Source of the DNA: Octopus sinensis
Taxonomy: Eukaryota
NCBI RefSeq assembly: GCF_006345805.1
Contig: NC_043003.1
Span: 21,886,001 to 21,950,000, forward strand
Length of the DNA stretch: 64,000 nt
Direction of reading: 5' to 3'
The notes beneath the pieces are model-generated. The model was not told where the DNA came from, made no database searches, and saw only the letters and a program-made list of their open reading frames with translations. Below, piece after piece: positions 1 through 11,800 of this stretch. Position numbers and translations under genes: made by a program. Each line of letters opens with the position of its first letter. Position 1 is the stretch's first letter.

Positions 1-324
1 CATTGAGCTAATATTTGCTTTTCCTCGCCACATTATAGCCTCAGGCCAACCATTATTTTTCATCAGCTTTTGATAATCACTGTATTAAATATATTAATAC
101 CATCACCTGGCACCTTGGGTGCTTTTAGCATTGTCCACTTTGTTGCAGGCATTTGTCTAGGTTTTTGGTTTAATGATACCTTCTTCCTGCCATGTCTCTG
201 GTATATTCTTCAATTCATGGGCAATCTTGATTTAATGAGAAACAATGGATGGATTTTTTTTCTTTATATGACTGACACCTCAAAGTAATTTCCCTCTGAT
301 TATACTTATCTTCTTTATTTTCAG

Positions 325-424
325 CATGTGCTAATGTAACACAAGTTGATTTTGGAAATGGAACAGTGAAGTTTGATTTTAAAGAATTTCTGAAACGAAA
401 GAAGATTCGTTTAAGCTTGGATCG
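325..424 (+). CDS. MCOLN: Mucolipin exon, luminal domain ([33 protein letters not shown])
   Basis: Acceptor tttcag|, donor |gtgagg; 100 nt, open frame, phase matches the next exon. Confidence 0.85.
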
Positions 425-3400
425 GTGAGGTTCCTTCTTTTTGAAAATATATATATATAAAAAAAAATTCTAAACAAAAATTTTATTTTAACCATCTACA
501 TATATATAATGCACTGGTGCCACATAAAAAGCGCTTGGTTCACTCTGCAGACAGTGAAGCATGGTGCAGTCTTCTACCTGGCCAGCTCCTGTCAAACTAT
601 TCAACCCGTGCCAGCATGGAAAGTGGACATTAAATGATGATACATGAAATCTGTTCTTGCTAGTCTGATTCAGACTCAAGTTCCTTTGGTGCACCTCTTA
701 TATTAATCGATCTTTATGGAAATGTGCTTCCATCAGAAATATGCCAAAGTTCAGGCATGGCCATATGTTTAAGTGGCATTCAGTGGGACTGAACTCAAAA
801 TCACATGGTTACAAAGCAAATTTCTTAACCATTCAGCCATAAGTTTACTGTCACTGGTTTCAGTCTTTGGACTGTGACCATGCTCGGTCACCACCTTGCC
901 ACAGACTTCAAAAAAACCACTTGCTTGGACAGTTCTTTTACGTTAATGTTTAAATGTATAGGAATCTTCTCTTTCATCGTAACTGAGGAAAATGGTATAA
1001 AGATAGAGAAAATAGTTTGATGCTTTTTCTCTTTTTATATTTTGCATATTTTTCAATGTAATAAACTGACTGACTTTGTATTTTACTTATAACTGTCATT
1101 TTGTTCTCTAGATTATTGAAAATTGAACTCAACTTCTTGGTGCATACAGTGCGTCTTGAGCTAGATGTTCCTCACCGATGTCCTATCTGTTTCCTGATGA
1201 ATGTTTCAGTGAGTTATCGTTTTAATTTATTCATGTTCACATATATTATGTTATAAAATGTTTTGGTACTATTTTTCATCAATTTTCCAGTTTGTTTCCC
1301 TGGCCACTACGTGATACCTTGGGCAAGTGTCTTCTATTATTATAGCTCCAGGCCAACCTAAACCTTGTGAGTGGATTTGGTAGATGGAAACTGGAAGAAA
1401 TCCATCGTGTGTGCATGTGTGAGATTTGCCACTGCATGATAGTTGTAAACAGCATCAGTAATACAATCAGTGCCCGTGCTCAGTCACAGCCAACTTGGGG
1501 CTAAACAATAGCAGCAACCCTGGCTGACCAGACAAAAGCAATTGGGGTTTTACACACATACACACATGCTCTTTATCCAGCTGTATAACCATAAATTCTT
1601 TGTAGATACAAAAGTGATTGTTGAAAGTTTGCTCCATGAATTATCTGCTTTCAGTTTCATTTTAAATATCCAATATTTTATAAATACATTCCTGTTCTAT
1701 ATTTCCATTGTTTACATGTTAAGTACTCTATTGTGAATTGTTGCTGTGTGAGTGCATTCACCTATAAGTAGAAGTCATAAATTTCCCCACTTAACCCTTT
1801 AGTGTTTAAACTGGCCATATCCGGCCGAAGTTTTCTACCTATTTTATGTTTAAACTGACCAGATCAGGGCTCTCACACCTAACCTACATTGACATTATAA
1901 AAATAAACAATCACATCATTGAAACCTCAAAACTATAAGATAATACATGATTAATTAAAAACAATTTGAGTAAAAAAATATTACATTTAACAGAGTAATC
2001 TGAACACTAAAGGGTTAAATTAACTCGAGGCTGTAGAATAGTGTCCTTTATTTAGGCATAGAATGCAAGGTTAAGCTTTTAGCTTGTGGCTATGTATAGA
2101 TAGTTTCTCATAAGTTTATGGATTTTTAAATATTTTTATGTTTAACTACTGAACCAGTTACATGACCTGTTTGTAGATACTACACTGAATGTATCTAGAT
2201 AGGTATTGACAAATGTGTTTTGCCAAAGAGTACTAAACCAATATTAAATGTCCTCATTGGACATGACCAACCTTGGAGTAGTTTTCTTTTTAATATATAA
2301 TTTACCTGTTCCCGTGTTTTTTCTTCAATTTTCTTTGAACAGATTACATTTGACAATAGTGACCGCAATGGGCAAATGCTGGTGTTTCTCAATCCAAACA
2401 TTTCTGAAGTAGGGTGTCGTGGAATGATAATAGGTGAGTAACAGTGTTTTCTGAAGAGGTTATCCAAGTAGGCACCAGTTTTGCACTACTATCGATTGAT
2501 AATTCTGGTCATGTAGGCAAAAAAGAACTTAATATGACTGCACAATGATTGAAAAAGTGAATATTCTATGTGTATTCTGCTTTCTTTAAACTATTAAAGT
2601 GATGGTATGTTGTCAACTTAATGTGGCAGTCCCATGAAAGGGAAGAATGCTACTGTTATTTAGCCCCAGGAAACATCGTTCCCAGTTGGCCGCAACACAT
2701 TTTCTGTGTCCTTATGCTTTCAAAGGGGAGATCAGCACCTCTACCCAGCAAAGCCAGCATTCAGAGACTAGTTTCAGAGTTATTGCTCATCATCAGTCTG
2801 GAGTAGCATGGTTTGCTAACTGCCAATGCCTATTCGCCTTTGAAAACATATATATTTCAAGTGAAATACATTTGCTGATTTTGAAAATAGAAATATTACA
2901 TTTCTAAATCTCTCAGAGAGACTTACTCAGCAACAGCACGATAAAGTGATGGTATGTTGTCAACTTAATGTGATAGTCCCATGAAAGGGAAGAATGCTCC
3001 TGCTATTTAGCCCCAGGAAACACCATTTCCAGTTGGCCATGTCACATTTTCTGCTGGGTGGAGGTGCTTATCTTCCCTTCCATGGGACTGTCTCATTAGG
3101 TTGACAACATACCATCACTTTATCGTGCTGTTACTGTATAATACTCTGAGATATTTAGAAATGTAATATTTCTATTTAAACTATTAGTTATATATATATA
3201 TATATATAATAGTTTCACTCCCCTCCATATGACTTCAAATTACATGGAAGTGTCCATCTCATCAGATGTCAGAATGAGATGAACGTGTCATATGGAGCTG
3301 AGTCAAACTTATCAAAAATGTATATTGATTCTAGTTTCAGCTCGTGAGCTGTGGCAACCTCTACCAAATGTGTTGAGTGCCACTTGCTTTCATTTGTCCA

Positions 3401-5804
3401 CTCACTTGTGTATATGTATACACAAATCTACACGTACACACACACACACAGTCTGATCAAAATATTTTGAGGCTGTTGCTATGGTAACAGAGCTAAAGTA
3501 TGTACAGTGAAGCCACTTGGTACAGATTGACCTTGAATTGTCATTCATGTAGACTGTTATAACATTCTCACTCACTTCCATTATTCATAGTAGTGCTTGG
3601 AAGTAGTGTGGTCTTCTCAAAAAGATTGGGTTTCAGCCGCACAGGATCTCATTGATTGTGATGAGGAAGATGGAAACCTTTTTTTTGAAAAATGGGTGAC
3701 AGATTGTGCATCTATTACTGTGACCCCAAAACCAAGGTTCAGTCTTTGCCTCAGAAGACCTCCAACAAGATTTCAAGACGTTGAGGAAATCCAAAAGAAT
3801 GTGAAGAGGCAGCTGCTCTCTAATCCAAAAAGGAGTTCCAGGAATGCTTCCATCAATGGAAACGATGCTGGATAAAGTATGTGGCTTTAGAAGGAGATAC
3901 TCTGGAGAAGATGAAATGCCAACTTGATATGTAATTGTAGTTTTCTTTTTATTGCACCAGGTCCAATACATTTTGATCAGACCTTTGTGTGTGAATAAAT
4001 TGGTCACTTCAACCAAGTTTTTCTCATTTGAATAGCTTGACATCATCATCATCCTAGTCAGGTGTCGCATTATGTGATGCTGTGGTCATCACGATGTCTT
4101 GCCACCTTCTCCTGTCCTCTACCCCATGGACAGCTGAGAATAAAGACAATCCTGTGGTTGTGATGTCTTTCAGCCAAGAAGTGGGTGGTCTGCCTCTTTT
4201 ATGTCTGCCATTCACCTTGCCAGTTATGATTCTTCGCTCAAGTCCATCCCGGCACATGACATGGCCAAAGAACCGTAGCTTCTGCTTCACGATGTTTTGC
4301 CGAAGCGTCATCTCGCAACCGAGCTTTTTTAGTACCCATTTGTTCATCCTTCTCTCCGTCCACGACACTCTAAGGATTCTGCGGTAACACCACATTTCAA
4401 AAGCGCTCAATCTTTTCTCGTCTGCTTTCAACATTGTCCATGACTCTCAGCTGTACATCGTAATAGAGAAAACGGCAGCCTGAAGTAGCCTTATCTTCAG
4501 CAGCATTGACACGTCATGACTCTTTCAGCTTGACATATAGTATATATCTATATAAAAATAAAGAAAAAAACCATGATGATGATGGCCTGGAATAAGAAAA
4601 TTTAAAGAACCAAAAGCCATTGTATAAAAGACAACTTGGTTGTTTTCCTCCCCTCTCTCTCTCTTTTTATTTATTTTATTATATTATTTTTTTTATAAGC
4701 TGTCTTCCCTGTAGAAAGATTCATGTAAAAGCCAGACATATGTTTGTTCTGCAGTTCAGTAACATGTTAACATAATCTAAAAGGTAAACTGAAAAATAAT
4801 GCTATATTGTTATCACTGAGACTATTTTGTTGTCTTTTTCTTCAGGCTTAAATGAAACAGAAAAGAAGAGAGTCCAGACAGCCTTTGATATTTTTATCAT
4901 AATTGTCAGCACAATGTCAAGTATTCTTTGCTTAAGGTCAATATGGCGAGCTCAAAGTTTAAAACATGTAAGTGAATAGTTCTTTTGTAGTTATGCATGT
5001 TTTGTTCCTTCTTTCTCTCTCTCTCGCATCAAATGAAATTTTTAAATGTTTTAATTGTTTTGTAGATATTGCTCTGGACTTATAATATTGGTTTCAAATT
5101 TTAGCATATCACCAACAATTTCCAGAGAGGGATCAATTACATCAACCCCAATATTCATTTTATTGACCCCAAAAGGATGAAAGGCAAAGTTGATCCTGGC
5201 GGAATTTGAATGCAGAAGACGGATGAAATGCTGCTAAGCATTTTGCCCAATAGGCTAACAATTCTGCTAGTTCACTGCCTTCTGGGACTTATATGCTGTT
5301 TTATCTAATATGATTTTGTATCAATATTTAGCCACTTTAAGGCAGCGAGCTGGCAGAAACATTAACACATTGAGTGAAATACTTAGCGGGATTTCGTCTG
5401 TCTTTACATTCTGACTTCAAATTCTGCCAAAGTCAACTTTGCCTTTCATCCTTTCAGGGTTGATAAATTAAGTAGCAGTTGTGTACTGGGGTCGATCTAA
5501 TCGACTGGACTCGCGGTTGTAGGATCGCGGTTTCAATTCCCAGACCAGGCATTGTGAGTGTTTATTGAGCAAAAACACCTAAAAGCTCCATGAGGCTCTG
5601 GCAGGGAGTGGTGGTGATTCCTGCTGTACCCTTTCGCCACAACTTTCTCTTTCTTATGTTGGCCTGCTCACTTAGCCAGTGGGGTGGCATCATTTGGAGG
5701 CTAAAACAATGCAAAGCGCATTGTGACAAGTGATGTGTAGCAACATCTGATAGCCGGGTCGGTCACGGTGATATATGTATATATGTATATATATATATAT
5801 GTAT

Positions 5805-5862
<58 letters not shown>

Positions 5863-8800
5863 TTTTTTCTTTCTGTGTTTCTGTGTCTTTCAACATAAAG
5901 ACAATGCAACAGATTTTCTAAGACTTACTCTTTGAACAATTTATGAAGGTACATGCATGATTAACAAATACTTTTTACTGACAGGTAGTGACAGGCAACA
6001 ACCAAGTACAGCATAAAAACTAGTTGAGGTTTTGAATTTCTGTTGCTACCACTATGAATTTGAAGATTATAGTTTAGAAAATTGATCGCGTTTTAAGGAA
6101 AATGTGCACTGTATGCACAATGAGAGAATTTGAACAAACCCCTTTTCGAATTCCAGGTCAAGTGCTTTATTCATCCACTTGTCATACAAAGCAGTTATGT
6201 TTGTTTTTTTTTTGTCTTTCTTTCCACCCACATTTCTTCACAATACTTTCTCAGTATAAGGTAAAAATGATACTGTTTACTCGTTTGATATTTGTTCATT
6301 TATTTTATGTGGAGTGTGTGTGCGTGTGCGCGCGTGCGTGTGCGCACATTGAAATTTCAACCATAACAATTTGTTTTGTGTTTTCATTCAATTGTTTGAC
6401 TTATTACTTTGTTTATTTTACACAAAAGGAAACTGCCAAATTTTTCAAGAATCATTTTCGGAAAGTATTAGAGTGGTATGACCGCTTGGAATTTCTGAAC
6501 ATGTGGTTTATCCTCATTGTTATAAATGACTGCCTTACCATTGTTGGATCTTGTTTTAAAATCAAAATAGAAACTCGAGTAAGTATTGAAAGAAATTATC
6601 AATGATTCTAGTGGTAAAATACGCAATAACAATGACTTAAGTGGATGTTTTCAGCTTTCATTGTATGATTTTCTTTGTTGTTGCAGAATAGAGTTATTGT
6701 TTTTTTTAAAATTAATTCACTTAAATTAACTCCTGATAATAGTTTGCTGTGATCAACTTTAAAACATTTTATTTATGCTTGCACTTGCCAATAAATAATC
6801 TTCCCTCTATTTTCCTCTCATTTTTCTCTCTATTTGACATTTTTGTTTTTTACTGCAAACTGGTTCCTTTCTTTTTTTTTATTTACTAGCTATTCTCATG
6901 TCCCTTTTCACTTCTACCAGTTAATTCTTCTTTTTTTTTTTTTTTGCTCTTTTAACCATTTTATTACCATATTTCTATTGACATGCACTACTTTTTGTTT
7001 TGGTTCGAAACCTAAATTAACATGAAATTTGTATGGAAGTTTTTAATTTAGATCACTTCAATCAGCATTCAGATTATTATCAAATGTAATGCTTATTCAT
7101 TTCCATTGTATTGAATTCATTAAGCATTATCTCTTAGCTTTAAAATTTCAATGATATATTCTTTTAGAATGGCATCATAGGGTAAGTGTAAGAGGCTGGA
7201 TCTGGCTGGTTTGAGCATAAAATAGATGGAATTTTTGGGGCTGGATATGGCAAGTTTACATGCTAAGGGTTAAACAGGAATTTTATATCATAGTACCAGA
7301 GGCAGTCTCTGGGTGGTTGGTTACAAAGGATTTAAGATCCTATCTAGTTTCCTTTTACTGTTTTCTTGTCCTATCCATACAGACAAAGATGCAGTCATGT
7401 ATTAAATACTCCTTATATACTTAAAGCTTGCTCTCCATAATCAACTTTTTACCAGTTTTAAATATGGTCAAAAATATCTATATTTAAATCAATTTTACAA
7501 AATTATGAAATGCTCAATCAGCTTTAGAAACTTTAATCTTTTTTTTTTATGAATTCTTTAAATTCCAGTGTTGTAAGTGCAAGGTAATTATAAGAAACCT
7601 GCTTTTAACTCCAATTGTTGTTTTCATCATTTTCATCCCAACCTCTTTCATTTGTTTACCCCTTTTAACCTTCAGATACTTTACACTATTTCATTTCCAT
7701 TTTGGCAATTAAGATTTAAAAAAGAAAAATAATTGTGAGCAAATAGCGCTTGATTAATGTGCATCTGGCTCTTCTTGAAGAGCCGCTTTGCCATACTGAA
7801 TCTGTTGTATACCTTTTCATCTGTACTCCCCCTGTTACAACCAGATAGTCTGCCTGACTGATCTCAAAAGTACTTCCCCACATAGTGTGATTAAAGGTAT
7901 GTAATGTCCAGTTCAATCACACCAGATATAAGCCACCATCTCTGTTCGATATGGAAACCTTCACTCATTGATTTTAGCACTATCATTATTGGGCTCTTTT
8001 TATACTCTCAAAGATGAGCTTCTCTCCAACTCTGCTGAACCTTTTGAAGGTGTTTGAAACTACCTACATGTCTTGAATTCAATTCCATTTGTGCTATAAA
8101 ATCTTAGACAGTTAATTTGCTTGACCAGCATAGTCGGGTATGTTTCAGTTCTGCTACACAGCAGGACATGACTTAAAATTATACTCACAAGGGTGACTGG
8201 CATCCAGCAGGATAGCAGTCCAAATTTACATTTCATTTAGTCTTCTGATATGTGACTGACCCAAATGTCACTGCAGGTCTGCAGTAAATATTTTTGGTCT
8301 GTACTGGTTGTCGTGCTACCTTCCTTGCTAGCTAGGCATTTCCTTGGCATACCATTCTGAATGATGTGAAATGTAGTTTAGACATGGCTGTGTTTTTTTT
8401 CTGTAGCAACTGAAGCCAGTGGAATTATATCTGAAGAATGACAAAAGACCAGATGACATCATTGGTCTTCAAATTTTGAGGTGGCAAATATTTAATCCAA
8501 GAATGTGATTTGTAGTGAAAGCAGGTAGACAAAGTACTGGTTACTATCAAACATGTTTTCAAACTTATAGTTGTGGAAACAACTGACATTCTGTCCCCTC
8601 CTCACAAATGACTTCCTTATATAGTTTAGTCAGATTAGAGATTGCCATCCACAAGAACAAACCTTTCAAGGGAATTCTTGTTGCTGTGTAACCCTTATCA
8701 TTTTTTAGGGTAATACATTCAATATTTTGCATTGGGATTACAAGACATTTGCAGTCTCACTGTTAATAAATATCTCATTTTATACAAGGTCCATTTTACT

Positions 8801-11800
8801 GAAGAAATAACATTTTCTACTAATTATAAGTGAAAATTATCTGAATAACAAAATTACCTAATTCCTCTAAAAAGACAACAAAAAAAGATAAAAACAATAT
8901 TTTGTTTTCTGTGCATTTGAGCTGTATATATATATATTCATTCAGCCATTTAGACATGGAATATGAGATCCCACTTTCTAAAACGTGTTGCATGCTTCCA
9001 CATCTACTTTTTGCAATGTTGCAATTTTTTTATTTTTTAATCTTTTTTTAAGCACCATAACAAAATCCTCTCTGCTCTTATTTAGGCCAGCTGCTTCAAG
9101 TTTTCTTTCCTCTAACCCAATCTTTGCCATAAAACTTAACACTTTTACATTCAAATTTCATAACATTCATTTATTTTTCTACTTTTTTTTCTTTTTTTTC
9201 TTCCTTATTATCTACATTTCTTTTCTGTTTTTATTGCCCACATCCCTATATCCATGAAATGTACATGCCTATGTGTATGTGTGATCATCGTTGAAATGTT
9301 CACTTTTCCTTGCTTGCATAGGCCAGAAAGATTTTCTGTGGCAGTACCCTTCCTGTCACCAACCCTCGCTTGTTTCTGTACGAGGCAATATTTCCCCATG
9401 ACCAAATATGTTTCCATGGAAGATTGGAAACGTATGACACTGCTTCTATGACAGTGATACTTATTTATATGTATCACATGGTTGCAAGACAAGGTAGCAT
9501 GAACACACATACACAATGGACTTCTTTCAGTTTCCATGTTCCAAATATTTGATTGATGTTTTAATCAGGGATCAAATTTTGTAATCTCTTTCGGAATTTA
9601 TTAAGCAATACTTGATAGGACAATAAATATTAAACCTGTAATTTCAGAAAGGAACCTGTTTAGTATCCAGGTCTAAAAAGAATTTTTACCTTAGCAACAA
9701 AGGCAAGATATGGGAAATTTTTTAGTTATAAATATGTCCCAAAATTGGACTGAAGCCATGCTGGAGTACTGCCTTGAAGGGTTTAAGCAAATTAGCCCTA
9801 GTATTTATATTTTTTTAAAAGTTTGGTACTTGTTCTATTGTTCTCTTTTGCAAAACTACCAACTTAACCAATACCAGTTGTCAAATGGGGAGGTGGAAAC
9901 AAATTAAGAGTGGCCAGTCAGTTTTTCACAATTTAAAACTCTTTCTCTCTCACACACAATGTGCACCCATACACTTTACAGCCAACAAATTCATTCACTA
10001 AGGCATTGATCAGCCGGGTGTTACAGTAGAAGATACTTACCCAAGGTGCCATGCAGTGGGGCTGAACTCAAAACCACATAATTGCAAAATAAGCTACTTA
10101 GCTACACAGCCATCTCTGTTCCTATAATTTTTTTCTTTTGTTGTCTTTTGTTCCTTCCTTCCAAATCTTGTACCAAATTAGCATACCCTAAATTAACATT
10201 TTATTTCATAACATCCATAAGCTTTTAAACTCTGAAATGTGCTTACTCCTTGTTTCCTCAATAATTCAGTTGCCTTTAATATTCATCATCATCATTGCTT
10301 TTACATCTATTTTTTTTCTTTGCTGACATGGTTTGGACGAGATTCCTGGAGTGGCAGATTTTCTGCGGCCACATACTCTTACTCTAGTCATACTCTTGTT
10401 TTTCAGTAAGGTAATTTTCATTCCACAAGTGGAGGCACGTGGCTTAGTGGTTAGGATGTCAGCATCATGATCATAAGATTGTGATTTCGATTCCTGGACC
10501 GGGCGACGCATTGTGTTCTTGAACAAAAGACTTCATTTCACGTTGCTCCAGTCCACTCAGCTGGCAAAAATGAGTAACGCTACGATGACTGGCGTCCTGT
10601 CCAGCTGGAGAACACATACGCCATAGAAATCAGGAAACTGGGCCCATGAGCCTGGCTAGGCTTTAACCCTTTCGTTACTGTATTTATTTTGAGATGTTCT
10701 GTGTTTCTTTCAATTACTTTAAATATAACAAAGAATTTAGTAAAATAACTTAGTTATCATTCAGCTTGTATTAGGAATATGAATTGTGACTAAGGTTTGG
10801 TGGAAGATTTTAATTGAAACCTTAAGAAAACAAGACATTTGTACAACAGAGCCAGAGCCGGTTTCAGTCCGGTTGGTAACAAAAGGGTTAAAAGGGTGCA
10901 TTTATTTATTTTTTATTAATTTTCATTCCACCAGTCTTCACTCACAAAATCCAATGTGGCTGCTGAACTGGTGAGCTTTTGTTTACTGAAGATTATAAAA
11001 AAAAAAATCACCATATTTGCTCTCAGTGGTAATGAAATCAAGGGAAACACACTCATACTTGCACACAAACATGCACTCTTGCATGCAATCATACACATGC
11101 ACAAATACATATGACAGGCTTCTACACAATTTCTGTATCAGTTTCCTCTAAGTCATTGATTAGCTCAAGACTAAGTAAAGGCACTGATCCAAGATGTCAG
11201 ATACTTGGACCAAACCCTAAATTTAGATATCTGTATGCATATTTTTTTCTTGGTCATTAGGCTGCAATCATTCTGGAGGTACCACCTTGAAGAATTTTTA
11301 ATTGAATGCATGAACCCCAGGACTTATTTTCCTTTTTTTTTTTTAAGCCTAGTACTTACAGTCAGTCTCTTTTTCTGAACCACTAAGTTACAGGGACATA
11401 AATGCACCAGCACCAGTTGTCAAGCAGTGGTTGCACATGCACGCATGACGGGCTACTTTCAGTTTCTTATTTCTTTATTGTCCACAAGGGGCTAAACATA
11501 GAGGGGATAAACAAGAACAGACAAAGGGATTAAGTTGATTATATCGACCCCAGTGCATAACTTGTAGTTAGTTTATCAACCCCGAAAGGATGAATGGCAA
11601 AGTTGACCTTGGCGGAATTTGAACTCAGAACGTAACTGCAGACAAAATACTGCTAAGCATTTCGCCTGGCATGCTAACGTTTCTGCCAGCTCGCCGCCTT
11701 TCAGTTTCTGCCTACCACATTCACTCACTAGGCTTTGGTTGGCCTGAGGCTATAGAGGGCACTTGCCCAAGGTGCCACACAGTAGGACTGAACCATGAGC

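Noticed and set aside
3223-3294. Nested inverted repeats (ctccatatgac/gtcatatggag), pre-miRNA-like in size
   Set aside because: A large asymmetric internal loop (21 vs 5 nt) is incompatible with a canonical pre-miRNA.
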